DNA of 51,707 nucleotides, filler included, from Syncephalis fuscata S228 (GCA_025786725.1; 4 parts of 4 records of this genome joined end to end with filler, not necessarily neighbours in it); one strand, 5' to 3'; shown: positions 38,001-51,707, numbered from the whole stretch's first letter. Made by a program: numbers and translations. The notes: a model not told the origin generated them from the sequence alone.

Positions 38001-38527
38001 AGTCGTTCAATGGCACCTGACTCCATTTTGGCAATATCTGGTGTCTCGTATCGTTCTAAACGGCCTTTTAAACCATCTATCTCTTTAAGCAGCATCTGAC
38101 CAATATCTGCCGCCATACCCGCCTCTGCTTCTTTGTCCTGCACCTTTTTGCGTAGTGCGCGGATCACCGATTCTGCATGGGTAACCGGTCCTTTTGGAGG
38201 GACTTTTGGAGGACCTAAAGCGCCACCAGCATTTGGATTATGCAGGTTCTGATGACTACGGGATCGTCTTAAAGGCGACGGCCGTCGTCGTCGAGAATTG
38301 GCATGTGGTGAACGCTGTCCTGAAGTCTGTCGGCCACGACCTGCCGTTGACTGATCTGACGGCACTAATAGCTGATTATTAACTTCGTTGCCTCCATTAG
38401 AGACATTTACAAATAAATTGGCCTCGTCTTCGTCCGCACTTGAGAATGATGAGACTGAAACAACATCGTCAGTTTCTTCTATTTGTACTGAAGGCAAATT
38501 GGTTGCCTGAACTGCCAAACTAGCCAT
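32069..38527 (-). CDS. Num1/ApsA/Mcp5-like cortical dynein anchor (coiled coil, internal repeats, C-terminal PH), 3' end lost in gap
   Basis: Exon 38527-35153, intron 35152-33128, exon 33127-32069. N-terminal coiled coil, and DPQVIQAITQTMIGEYLFKFT, the signature start of the Num1/Mcp5 PH domain. Confidence 0.85.
33165..35135. repeat. Intronic 24-25-bp minisatellite, roughly 80 units
   Basis: Consensus AATACCAAATAATAAATATTAAATG with variants gaatatc / ggatatc / gggtatc / aatacc; lies wholly inside the GT-AG intron. Confidence 0.95.
35270..36420 (-). repeat. Coding tandem repeats (EVIKEVKVEVPI 36-bp and EVIKEVEVPV 30-bp units)
   Basis: Directly visible in the 1129-aa ORF. Confidence 0.95.
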
Positions 38528-40142
38528 GGCACTAGAATGGCCAAAGTTTGCGATAAATGTGGCTGTTCTTTAATAAACATTTAAATTAGCACCATGAACT
38601 ATTCTGTTAGCACACAGCTTTGATAATACTTACAATTGATTAGTTAACGATTTACTGTCGTAGTAGTATAGTAACGTAGTATTTTAAAGCACTTGACGCG
38701 GTCAATACGTAGTGCAAACCTGCGCAACAGTACAATACGTAGATATTGCAGTGTTACAAGTGTAAAAGATGGGTGAAATGGTTGGATCTAATATGACAGC
38801 AATAGCAACAATAGGTGTTAGTCAACTGTCTTGTCCATTTAATAAATATACCCTGTATTAAATACAGAATTGTGCTAAACATAAAGAATTTAAATCCCAA
38901 TGCTTGGCAATGTAAAAAGGCACGGCAGCAAGTGTAACAAACACAACAACACTATAATAATAGTAGCAATGTCCACTTAATTACGTAGTATTATTTTCAT
39001 GTTATTATACCGTAATGCTTGGCACCTAGTACCATTTTACTAGCACAATAACAACAACACACTACTACTACCTGTACTTGCCCAGGCCGTACACATCAAC
39101 AGTCTACTTACCTAGCACAATAGACAAATACGGTTGTACACGTAATGTACTACACGTCTGCCTAAAAACAAGAGGTATATTCGGTGATGGAAACGTGGAT
39201 GCAATAGCACCGTGTATACATAAACGATGAATGAACGACAGAATGAAATAGACGGATAGGAGTTATAAATCAGTCCGCAACAATAGTAAAGAGGAGAACG
39301 AAGTGAGTTTTGTAGAGAAGACGGCCAAGGTTGAAACGGTGGCCTAAAACAAAAGTATGGCTTGTGTGATTAGAGGGATATAATAGAATAAACGCCACAC
39401 ACACACACACACATATACAACGCCAAAGAAAGTAAAAGTTAACGATGAGTGAGCAGTAAGTGGTAGTTGGAGGAGGAGCGATATAGAATGTGTAAGAGAG
39501 TGCGTGCGTGCGTGTGTGCGTGGGAGAGAGGAGAGATCAGTGACACGTGGATCCCTTGAACAACAGCGTACGTACAATTCACCAAACAGTCATACAATCA
39601 TACAGATAACAACAACATATGTTCATTCATACAATTTGTATACACTCAATTAATCCATGCTTATTCATACTAATAATTGATTGGTGGGTGGGCTGTTTAT
39701 AGCCACATGACTTGGACTAGGCGGCGTTTGTTAAGTGTGATGATGGTCATGGCGGAGAAAATCATTTGATGTAATTGATTGGCTATTTGCCATGATACCA
39801 GCTTCATTTTACACACATTGTATTTTTACGCTTTGTAATTGTAATGGCAATTACTATCAATAATATTCCTATTAATGTTACCACAAATATTGATCATAGT
39901 GTATAAAATAATGCGTATGTAATATTAATCATTTATTTGCAATGCTACGCGCGAATACATTTAATATCAACACGCCGCTATACTTGAACAAACGACTATC
40001 ACCGTTCTCCTTGGCGTCTTCACGAGACGCGCACTCATATAACACGTGTTTACAAAAGCATGGCTAATGCATATGGTATCTTTTTTATTATTCCAAATGC
40101 TGAGTGTTACACTTGTGTAGCATGACCATGACTCAATAACAA

Positions 40143-41445
40143 TTACAAGATGGGTTGTTGGCCAGTAAGGCGTGTGTAAACATCAATGTATTTTGCCATT
40201 GTGTCGCGAATGACGTGGTCTGGCAATTTGACGCTAGTTTTTTTGTCAAAATTGTTTTCTAACAAATAATTGCGTAGAAATTGTTTATCAAAACTAAATT
40301 ATATAATTGATAGCATTGTTAGAGGTCTTTTCTATGCATATCATTACTACTACTAAGGTTATTTACCTTTCCTGGTCACGGCCAGCGGCATAGTCATTTA
40401 GAGGCCAGAACCGTGAAGAGTCTGGAGTAAGTACTTCGTCGGCAATGGTTAAATTGCCCGTTTCATCCATACCGAACTCGAATTTGGTATCAGCAATAAT
40501 GATGCCACGTTCACGGGCAAATTGTGCCGCCTAAAGGCCAAGGTTAGTTAGCTATATATCCATTTGCTTGTTATCACATTACCTACCGTTTGATATAAAT
40601 GAATAGCAGCTGAAGCCACATTATCTGTAAGCTCGGCACCAATCATCTTTTTTACTTCATCAGGATGAATATTCTCATCTATGTTAATAAATTTAATAAA
40701 AATATTATAATTAAATCAACAATATAATGTATTTACCATGTTGGCCTATTTCTGCCTTTGTACTAGGCGTGAATAAAGGCTCCGGTAATGCTTGACACTG
40801 TTGTAGACCAGTAGGCAATGGAATATTTGACACAGTGCCTTTTTTCTGGTATTCTACCCAGCCAGAGCCTAGTAATAAAGTAATAAAGTAATATTAGATT
40901 ACTTATATTAATATAATATATATAAATAATATATATGATGTATATCTTGCCTGTAATGTAGCCGCGTACAATTGCTTCAATAGGTAGGATTGTTAACTTG
41001 CGTACAAGTAATGAACGGCCTTCCAGTTGATCACGATATTGTTGACCGATGCGGGCATAGCGTTGATATCGGCCGTAATCAAATGGGAAGGAAGTTGGCT
41101 GGCTAGCAGTTGGAACCAAAAGACAGATAATTGCGTAAGAATCTTGCCTTTACCAGGAATGCCCTAGTAATAAAATATAGTATAAATAACAGATTATTAT
41201 ATACACGCACATATATAAATATACAACAATAGATAGCCATTTGCAATATGTGTAGTTTCTTACATTCTTCATAACGACGTCAAAAGCGCTAACACGGTCA
41301 GTAGCCACAAATAGCAACGAATTGTCGTCAACTCTATACAAGTCCCGCACTTACCACGTGCAATCAACTCTAAAGCGGGGCATTCGCTTTGAAGTAGCGC
41401 AACCGCGGCACTGCCACTATTGTTATCAGCGCTTAGAGACGACAT
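40143..41445 (-). CDS. ADE1: SAICAR synthetase with two apparent single-base deletions in the assembly
   Basis: [92 protein letters not shown]; six exons. Confidence 0.93.
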
Positions 41446-41634
41446 ATCGGTTGGCAACAAAGTATGTATGGTAGTCAAATGGTGTCAGTGAAGAAGAAAA
41501 GCCAAAATGTGCATCAAATAAAGATGAGATCGATAAATATCACGTGATTCTACAAATCATTTTTATTACATATCGACTACAGTAAGTAAAGCATCGGCCA
41601 AACGCTCTCGTAAAAGTGGTAGGTAGCGTTTTAG

Positions 41635-41734
41635 NNNNNNNNNNNNNNNNNNNNNNNNNNNNNNNNNNNNNNNNNNNNTTAATTAATTAANNNNNNNNNN
41701 NNNNNNNNNNNNNNNNNNNNNNNNNNNNNNNNNN
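41635..41734. other. Assembly linker
   Basis: N run with TTAATTAATTAA. Confidence 0.99.
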
Positions 41735-43766
41735 TTTGGCATGCCTAGCGGCAATCTAATTACTAACGCTAAGTACGGTATCTAATGACTATAATATAGC
41801 TTAATGGACACTTCTTTATTTTTGTTATTCTATTTAATAGTATTAAGTATGGTGCAGGACAAAATATTATAAGTAAACACAAACTGTAAATAATAAAAGT
41901 AATTGTTATCGCGTTTTAGCTAGGTTTTATTTTCATTTGTTACGTAGCAAGTGTCTACATCTTTGTGATTTACAAATATCTATTTATAATTAGTAACCAA
42001 TAACAATGATACTTACTGTTCAATGTCGACCGTGTCGCTTTATCCTTTATTCGTTCTTTTCTGTTTTTCGGCACTTTTGTTTGTCGCAGCCTTATTATTA
42101 ACTAGTATATATGCCTAGTTTATCCAGTACATGGCTTTATTGCTAAAGATAAATATTGTTATGCTTAACAACATTAACGTACAAGCATGTAATGTTCAGT
42201 AAACACAACTATCTTCGATCTTGTAGCTCATATTTAATAGTAATACATGCAGTCGAAATAAGCAATAACATAACATCTACACACCATTTCCAACTGTAAT
42301 ATATAGTATATATTATTTATGAATAAGCAACAATTTATTCAGCCATTGCGCTACTTAAATGCCGGTTTTATTATTATAGAGACATTATGCCGTCTAATTC
42401 ATTCAAAAGTAATGCAGATGATAAACGTTCTATTTAGTTATTAAAAACTGAAAACCATTATTGTGCTAATGTTATTGTACTGCTATGCTGGCCATAATAC
42501 TTTTCATAGTATTTTTGTAGATGTAGCTGATTGCCGTAGTGGCATATACATTTGTGAAAAGGTATGTTTATTATTTCTATTTGGTTAATACTTGCTAACC
42601 ATTGGATAAAATAAAGCATGAGCATGGCTGAAACAACTTAATAAAATATAATTAAACGAAGCTATATATTTGCTGCAAGCTTTTGCAGTTTAATAGATAT
42701 AGCTGAGCTATGACTTCTTCCTGGAATAATAAAGTTATTGACTAAAGAGGCGAATAATGCAAATCATTGATTAGGATTTGATGTTTGTATAAGCTAAATA
42801 GTAGCTGTCAAACATAGATAAGCCACTTTACATGGCTACCTATACAGCAAAGAATATATTATACTAACAATATGCAGCACGTTAATTTGTTTGCATAGTA
42901 TATTGATATGCTGTAATTCTTATACACGCAATCACAATACCAACAGTGGCCAATAAACTTTAATATAGCCTATAATCACTCATACATTTATAATCACTAT
43001 CAAATGTATCTTCTATATAATTATATTAAAAATTAGCTGGCCACAATATCTGACATTTTTGTACCGTCTAAATACATGGCACATCATTAATTATAAGTCG
43101 GCTACAAAATTTATGCTTAGTATTGCTTGCATAAAATAATTATCTAATGCACACCGTTACATTTACAATATTATCGTATAGTTTATTTTAAATATAGTAA
43201 GTTTTACTGTAAGTTATCTACTATGGCAATAAAGTATAGTATTTTACGACTAAATCGCACACAGTCGATAGCTTATCCAGTACTGTTTAAAATCAACGGT
43301 GGTTATGTATATATAACAGCTATAACACCAATACAATTTAATGCGTAAAACACAATGGTAAGCCAATAAACCTATATGAAATAAGGTTCCGACCTGAATA
43401 ACCGGCTTACAGAATTCATTTGTAAAGTTTAAAAAAGCAATAGAGTTTAGATAATGGAGAAGATTAAATATAGAGTAGACGTTTGCTATTAAGGATTAAT
43501 ATATACAAACATAAAATAACATATTGTAATAAAAAACCAAACTAAATATGATAATAATAATAAATTAAAGACTAATGGTTTATTAAAAAGATAAACAAGC
43601 ATAAATGTATCTACACTAAAAATGTTGCTTATGTACTACAAATATAAAGTAACGTATACCTTTAAGCTCTATGGTCAGTAGCAATGCATAACAATAAAAT
43701 ATGTTAAAAATATGAGAAACATAAATTATATATTATGTAGAATTTTGTCATATTCATTAACATTTT

Positions 43767-44330
43767 AGTATAGTTTGAAGGTTAGATGACTATATTTGAT
43801 AATATTTGGGCAATTGAGCTACACTTTCGTTCTATTAAACATGGAACTGGACGATAAATGGCACCAGTCATTAAAATACTCATTATCTTAGACTTGTTAC
43901 TTGTATGCATATATCTTTTATTCACTAGTATCATTTTCATTCTATCTCACACTACTATATACCATTTATAACATACTAGACATAATTATTCTTCATATGT
44001 TACAATTCACTTCGTTATTCCACCTATTGTATCGTACACGCTAAAACTTTAACTCCGAGTGCCATACTTTTTATTATATATTTATACCATTATGTATTAT
44101 TTGTGCTTGTTTAGTCAAGCTTTGTCCAAAACTGTTTTACGTTTTGTTCTAGCTTTATTATTGATATTTTTTATTATAGTTCAATTTACACACTTGCTCA
44201 TGTATAAATGCTCTAACGCCTTAACATTGCCAATCACCATTTTGGTTCGTATATTCATTATATTGTTTATTGCTTTTTTGAATAAATAAATGCTATTCAA
44301 TATCGTTGTCTATTTATTTCTAGCTATATT
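43767..44330 (+). mobile_element. Partial, more diverged copy of the MITE-like family
   Basis: tctattaaacatg...aaatactcattat...gtatgcatatatc and downstream catactagacat, ttttgttctagc match ~12370-12900 and ~46034-46500. Confidence 0.6.
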
Positions 44331-46033
44331 ATTTGTAACAAAATAGCTATTCTACAGTCATTTGATTACAGCTTCGCCATGTTAGCGAATATTAAATCAT
44401 TATCACTATGCATATTTATTTTTAATTATAGTATAGCTTAATTATTATTGCTGCTTTAGTAATTTCTTCTATCTTTATTACTTATTTTCTTTTATTATTT
44501 TACTCGACATTTAAATGACAAACACTACAATATAAACGCGTACACAGTTTATCCATGAGTAACGGAATAGCTGGATTTTACAATTACAATTTATTTTACT
44601 TGCATTTGTTTTGTCAAAAGCAATTTGAACGTCTTGCGTATCTACTAAGTTAAATACGATAAGAATACAGCTTTTAGCTATAGTGATGAGCTAGTCTATA
44701 ACTAGCGATGGGCTGGTTACCGCCATCTCCACCGCCAAGATCTCTTATTGCTTGTTACTGATGGTAGTGGCGTGGGAGCCGGTGTTGCATCGGTAGTCAC
44801 AAGTGTATCACCTCATACGAATGTTGACGTGACATGCCCGCTAGACAACTGGCTGTATCCGGTGGTGGCGATCCAAGGTAGGCTGTGGAACAGGTAAGCT
44901 GCCGTAGCAGCAGAAGCTGTCGCTGCCTCCATCCATAGTCCATCCCGTTGCCATCCATGGACATTACTTTGATCTGATAAGTAGATATCAATAGCAATTG
45001 ATTATTATTAATATGGTAATTACTTAATGCTTCAACATTTCCATTCTTTATATTGTCTTTGTTTACATTGTTTCTATTACTTACCACGTGACTTAGTGGG
45101 TAGGCACAGTTAATGTGCGTCGATGCCGAATAAGATGGTCATAAATACGCCATAGTTCTCTGGAACAATTTGCGCAGCTGTGGTGTGCAGGCTGCGGATC
45201 ATGATGGCAGGAGGATCGTCCTTGGTGTTTGTTTATCTGAATCTGCAGTCAATGTAGGATGGCAGGTCTTGCATCCACTGTCTCCGCTGCTCTCCCAGTG
45301 GCCAAGTCCAACTGCTGGCTCTTCAGCAGTTGTTTTTTACTACTGGATTCTTTACATAGAAATTCAGTCATGCTGGCTTTATGCTGCAAATAGATTGTGT
45401 TTGCTCTTCGCTAATTGCATATAAGGATTAAAAATAAATGATTCGGTCGAATGTTGTAGAGTAGCAATGCAAATATAATACTCTTTTTCGAATAATTGAA
45501 AAGTAAATCTAGAGCAAGAAGAGAAGAAAAGGAATGAGATAAAAAGGAGTACCGTTTCTGGAAGGATTCGGCTTTTTAAAAGGCGGACTGGCTAAACGCT
45601 ATTAACTACATTCCTTGAACATTCAAAAAAGAACTTGACTGCTCGGTGAAATATTATTAATTGGGAATAATTTTGTAAACTCAGTTAACTTGCCCTGATA
45701 TACAAGTCACACACCTGGCCGCTTTCAATTAACCTGTTTCGATATTATAGATGTTTCAGAAATCTCAAGTTTATAGTACCGTACAATCTATTGCATACAT
45801 TTTTATTCCAACAATACATTACAACATGGTTGTACATTATTGACAGCTTATTATTTAACAGTTTTATCTATTATGTTAATGCTAGGATCCTATATATTTG
45901 TGTTATGCTGTTTCATTTAATGTTTAATTTCAAAGTCTATAGCTTAATAGTTATTAAATAAAGTGTAATAATCATATAACATATTGTGCCATTTGGCATT
46001 ATTATACAAATTAATTGAATTGATCATTGTTTA

Positions 46034-47019
46034 GTATGATCCGGTGGTCAAATGGCTGCATTTAATAGCATCCAATCTATGAACATGATGATGGGGTGGT
46101 AAGCGACATCAATCATCAAATACTCATTATTGTAGCTTTATTATCCAGTATGCATAATATACTCTATCTATATCATCCCCATTCTGTCCCATATATATAT
46201 ATCATTCTATGATATACTAGATACGCTCTATTGCTTATATGTTCTAATACACTTTGTTCAATTTACTCGCTACTTTATATGCACTATGACTTTAACACCG
46301 CTCATCGTACACTTGACATCGTATATTCATTTATTATATATTATTCTATACTCGTTTGCTCTTGCTCTATTCAGACTTAATGTCCTTTTGACGCTAGCGC
46401 TATTATTAGTGAAGCTTTGCTATTTTGCTCATTCGCTTAGTTACTTATTAGTTTATCTACATTATAACTTTAGCACTATTGGTCGCCACTTTGTACTGTA
46501 TATTCTTTATTTTGTATATTGCTATATTACATATTAGCTATACGTCGCCTAGAGTCATTATCCATTTGGTTCTAGCTCTACTACTAAAACCTTGACCTAT
46601 TTCACTTCTTTCTACTCATTGTATTATATTGCTAGAACAAATACTAAAAGTATGCATAGATGTATTACTTTATTAAACGTATGTATTAGATTGATTATCT
46701 ATAGCTAATCACGGCTGAATTAGCTAAAGTCAGTTAATTATGATTATAATGGTATCCAAGTCAAGTAGTGGAGCATTTATAGGAATACAAGCTCAAAAGA
46801 AAATATATTGGTATAAAAGTGAAATGGAATATGGATAAAAACCATGTAAATAGTCATAACGCAATACTGCGCAAATATAATAGGCAGATGGTGGATATAT
46901 GCATACTGGATAATCAATCTACAATAATGAGTATTTGATAATTGATGTCACTCACCACCCATCATCGTGTTCAATAGATTAGATGCATTAAATACTGGTC
47001 ATTTAACCACAAATCATAC
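46034..47019. mobile_element. MITE-like element, ~1 kb with ~130-bp terminal inverted repeats
   Basis: gtatgat..tggtcaaatggc..aatctat.gaacatgatg..gacatcaatcatcaaatactcattattgtag..ttatccagtatgcata mirrored at 46895-47019; no coding capacity. Confidence 0.8.
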
Positions 47020-47678
47020 CAAATATTTAATAAAACAGTATCTTTTTTCTTGCTATAATATTACATTATTTATCTATATAGCCACATATAGAGTAATCTT
47101 TATTTCATTAAAAAATAGTTTATTTCATTATTCATATTGAAACACTTTGACACATCGTTGTAGCGTAGTTTAAACGTTTATGAATGATTCTGTTATACGC
47201 ACACACATTCACAAAGAAGCATCATGAGAAATATGAAAATAGAGACACGAACAGACAGACAAACAGACAGACACTAATACGAAGAAAGAAAGAAAGAAAG
47301 AAAATGAGGGAGAGGAAATAAGAATGCTAAAGTGATATACTATCGATTGATGAGTACGTAAAACTAGTCAACCATCTATACTCAATGATGTAGAGGATCA
47401 CTTGTACTAATAGCATCTTACTTATGTCACACACACATACACTATCTGCTACACTCACAAAGACATAGGACCACATAACAACAACAACAGCTGTAACAAC
47501 ACAAATACACGTGCACCAATACACACGCCAAAGATGCCGTATGGAATGAAATAAATCTGCTGCAGCCCTTGGGATAAAAGGAACAAAGGAGAATAATGAA
47601 CGAACAAACCGCTGTCCAGTGCTATAGGCAAATGACAACAAATACGGTAACCATATAGTAAGTTATATTGCTATGACA

Positions 47679-49523
47679 TTACATTGGACGATAGGCATGT
47701 TGTTGGTACTCCATTACATGTGATGCATGTTGCTGTTGCTGTTGCTGTTGCTGCATTTGTTGTTGATGTTGCTGCATTTGCTGTTGTAACTGCTGCTTCT
47801 GTTGTGTCGATAGTGTTGGGTGTGAGGCAGATGTACGAAGCACTGGATAGTGTTCTCCCATACGAGGATATAAGCCTTGTAGCATGCCTACACGTAGATG
47901 TTCCGGTACTTTTAGTACAAGATAGCATAGATAGTTATGCTCTGTCGGTGTAAGGTAGCCGTGCCACATCGTGTCACTCTCGACCAATCGATCATATTTG
48001 GTATCATGAGAGGGGGCGGCAGCCGGTTGGGCCTTTGACTCTAGATAGACATTAGGCATTGACTTCTCGGTAGTAGGTGTCATGTTCCAATTACTATTTA
48101 ACATAAGTAGATTAATAAAAATAAAGTATTGCCATTTTTGTAACTTACTAATGATAATCCGATGAAATCGACATATTGTTTGCTGCTGTCGATGGTACTT
48201 GAGGTGTATCGGCACGAGGTATTTGTGGTAGTGTCATATTCAAGCTTGAACCCATTGCTTGAAATAGACCAACCGTCTCGGCACTAGATAGCATCGGCTG
48301 CTGATGTGGATGACCATGCGAGTGTGCATGGTGCTGTTGGTGGTGTGTACTTGTCGTACCGGCTGCCCATGAAGCAGTACGGACTAGACGACGTGTAGAT
48401 GTTGTTTTCTATAATAGCACATAGCGTTGTGTCAATATACGTATATTGAATATTGAACAGTATGTTATTACCTTTAATGCTTTATCGGCCACATTCCATG
48501 CATCCATAATACGGGCGGCAAACATCTTGTCGTCCTTCTTGCCCAAGGCGACAGCTGTTACGTAAACGTTATGGTGCAATAAAGCACGATTGTTGATCAT
48601 GGCTTCGACTCTATTTAAAATATCTGCTTTTAACTTGCCATGGACTTTCTACTCAAACAAGATTAGCCACTTGAATAAATAAAGCCTACTACTACTACTA
48701 CTACCATTACTTACTTGATCTAATTTAAGCATTTTAAATGCTCCATCATTTTAACTTCAGTTTCTCGACGTAGTTTGTCAGCCATATCACCGTTAGACAA
48801 ATCACGGGCAATTTCTTCAGGTGTAGTGGCTCGTCCACTTCGAGACTTGTAACCAGTTAGAATAAGATGAAGGAGCATTTGTTTAAATGCCTTGTGTGCC
48901 AAGTCACCGGCCATTTGCGGTGAAACATCTTGATTGTCTTCTAACTGTGATGGATGATAGGCCGTAGCTTGTTGTGGCTGTTGTTGCGGCGGCTGTTGCT
49001 GTTGCATTAATGGCTGCTGCTGTTGCATTAATGGCTGCTGCTGTGGCTGCGACGGCTGTTGTGGCTGCATCATAAGCTGCAGTTGAGACGGCTGATGTAA
49101 ATGAATAGTCTTGTGAGTTGAAGGAATAACAAACTTGACCATTGGTGGCTGCTGCTGTTGCTGTTGTTGTTGATGGTGTTGTTGTTGTTGTTGATGATGA
49201 TGATGGTGATGGTGATGTTGCTGCTGCTGCTGCTGCTGTTGATAAGGCTGTGCATGCATAGGGGGAGGCGATGAAGACGAGGAGGTTGACGAATTGGAAG
49301 ATACGGAGGACGGTGATGGTGATGACATACGTATATGGTGTGCCAATGGCGAATGATTTGCATAGCTATAATTTCTTTGCACTGCAGGTGCACGTGGCCG
49401 CGTATTGGCATTTACATTTGCAAGACGCCCTTTACCACCAGATGGCATGACCATCGGCACTACAGCCTGATTAGACCAAAAGTGCATATTTGGCTGGCCA
49501 CGGTGACTCATAGTATAATCCAT
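47679..49523 (-). CDS. Uncharacterised polyQ/polyH protein, four exons, one apparent frameshift
   Basis: ORFs 48720-49523, 48409-48600 and 47679-48215 are joined by GT-AG introns if one A is restored in the run at 48732-48735 (LKMLKLDQ|KVHGK). No domain recognised. Confidence 0.65.
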
Positions 49524-50034
49524 ATCAACTAATATTGAGGATAATGTTGTTATTGTTGCTATAACAATTGAAAGAGAACAAAATACAAATGGCTATAGTT
49601 GTTCAAGGCGGAGTATGAATTGCTAGATCACTGTAATGAAGTATAATTTACTCCGCACCCACACACACACACAATCACAAACAAATAATCGCTGGTTTCA
49701 AACTCCGAATAACAGACTACCCAATATTTGGTAATCAATGGCTAAAGATAAACGCAACGATGTGTGACGTGTTGTTTGTTTAAAACAAATACGCGCAGTA
49801 CAAACGAGTGTAAGTGCAACTAGAAATGGATACACAGCCACAAACGCCACAAATTCTAGAGTAGATGTGTGTATCTATGGATATGAAAGGTAAATATCAC
49901 CACACACCAATACAAATAGCTGTAATGGATCTGTCAATGAAATAGAAGTGCAATAGTAATAAAGGTTATTATTACTTTAGCCACAATGTAACGCTCAAGG
50001 AATGATTTATGATATTGTTATGGTTATAAAGGGT

Positions 50035-50105
50035 ATTGTTGTTGTTGTTGTTATTGTTGTTATTGTTGTATTTTTATGTAGTTGCAGTAGAAGTAGTAGT
50101 AGTTG
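50035..50105. repeat. (GTT)n/(GTA)n microsatellites
   Basis: Directly visible. Confidence 0.8.
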
Positions 50106-51186
50106 CTGTTTTGGTGTTCAACGGTAATGGCTAGTGCTGTGTACAGCGAAAGAGAGATATACCGTCAAATGCTACGACAGGCGAAGAAGGTTCTACAATA
50201 GAAACCGTCGACAGTGTTGTTTAAACGAATATGCACGTGCGGGTGTGTAACTTGCAATAGGTTAAAATAACGCAAGCGAGTTACGCGGGATGAGTAGGTC
50301 ACTGTTAGTATGAATAATGAAAGTAGTATATGTGTTAGAAACGATAAGTAGGTTGCAGTGGTGTTGCAGGTAGCGCAGTAAAAGGAAGAAGATAGGACGA
50401 GAAAAAAGATAGAACGAGCGACCAAGGCAGCTAACAACAGAGGTGCGTGTGCGTCAACTATTGAGTGTGGATAGAGATAGAAAGAGGTGTGAAGGTCAGC
50501 GCGGTTTCAAGTATTCTTTTCGTACCGTTGCAGTTGAGTTGCAGCAGCAGCAGCTATTATCGTGAATGGCCTAGTGTGCTGCAGCCAGGTTGTCGTTGTT
50601 GTTATTGCCGTTGCCGTTGCCACTGCTATTGTTGCTATTATTACTACACAAAAGTTGTTGCGCAGCCAATGTGTGGCGACTATGCCACTTGTACCAAACC
50701 AGAAAGGGGCACAAGGCAGTGGCGCAGGAGCGGTCATGATTGCGGAAGAATAGAGCGGCTGAAACAAGTCATCGTTGGCGACATGTGGGCATGAATGTGT
50801 GTGTGTGTGTGGATGGATGGACGGGAACGAGCGAATGAATGAATGAATAGACAGCTATGGATGGAGTTGCCTCGTACACCTGCACGCGTGGATAGGCAAA
50901 TAAGGAGAGAGAGCAAAGGGGTACCTGCTCGTTCAGATACAAAAACAGAAAGGATGCGTGGAGAAGAAGCGTAATCATTCTATATGTGTGTGCGGAGAGT
51001 GTTGCCATAACTGTAATAATGTGGTAATAGCAATAGCAAAAGTAGCAGTGACTAATGCAGCTATGGGAGATGCAAGAATGAACGTGAACGCGCCATCAAA
51101 AAGTAAACGAGGGTGCATGTGGCACTTACCCTGTTGCACAGCGTATTGGCCAGGTCTGTACCTACAATTCAAATAGGCTATGAGTG

Positions 51187-51260
51187 TAGACAGATAGATG
51201 GCTGGATAGGTAGATAGGTAGATAGATAGATAAAGAAGGACAAAGTAGATAGATGGATAC
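51187..51260. repeat. Degenerate (AGAT)n microsatellite
   Basis: Directly visible. Confidence 0.75.
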
Positions 51261-51707
51261 AGCGATACCAGCGGAATGAATACTGAATAGCCATATTTTA
51301 TATAGCCGGATCCAATCAACGCACCGTAAAGGGTCATGCAGCATTGGCAACAGTGCCATTCGTTAAATATCACATATTCTCACGTGGATTGGCATATTCA
51401 ATAAGAGTTTTTTGTTAATCTAATAACCAGTAAATTGTCAGTATTTTGATGATAACCACTTGTATAATGAAGTGTCTAAATAAATGAATAGCATATTTAT
51501 TACTATTAAATAAATATGACTACATTATGTTTATTTCAGTAATTAATCGTATTTATATACATGCCATGTTATACAACAATTTATCACACCATAATGTAAT
51601 ATGTATATTATTTAGTATTAACGTTATAAATTGATGGGCAGATGCAATAGATGCCGCGACAAGCCGAATACTGCAGTACATTATCCAAGATGCACCTCTA
51701 CGTACAC

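Noticed and set aside
48730-48736. Programmed frameshift in the polyQ gene
   Set aside because: A single missing base in a homopolymer, same error type as in ADE1; assembly error is simpler.
50165-51373. Multiple short ORFs
   Set aside because: Produced by microsatellite and low-complexity sequence; no coherent gene model.

Overview
AT-rich eukaryotic genomic DNA with short GT-AG introns and three artificial 100-nt N/TTAATTAATTAA linkers. Gene content (fungal Num1/ApsA, Lag1, Ste18-like G-gamma, ADE1, CutA, Crinkler) suggests an early-diverging fungus; a zoopagomycete mycoparasite such as Syncephalis is my inference, not proven. Housekeeping loci read by hand-splicing: RNase MRP RNA (5442-5903, minus), G-protein gamma subunit, acetyl-CoA synthetase, CutA, Yra1/ALY-like export adaptor, ceramide synthase, Num1/ApsA-like cortical anchor with a 2-kb intronic minisatellite, ADE1 and a polyQ protein. 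The most interesting signal is a candidate effector arsenal. Four related kinase-fold genes share intron positions: two near-identical catalytically intact copies in an inverted duplication (one cut by the window edge) and two pseudokinases; the three complete genes begin with signal-like peptides. The pseudokinases lie in a ~12-kb repeat-bracketed interval with a Crinkler NTPase-REase gene, a MULE relic, a foldback hairpin and a small secreted SVWC-like cysteine-rich peptide. All splice models, identities and family assignments were made by eye, without database searches.
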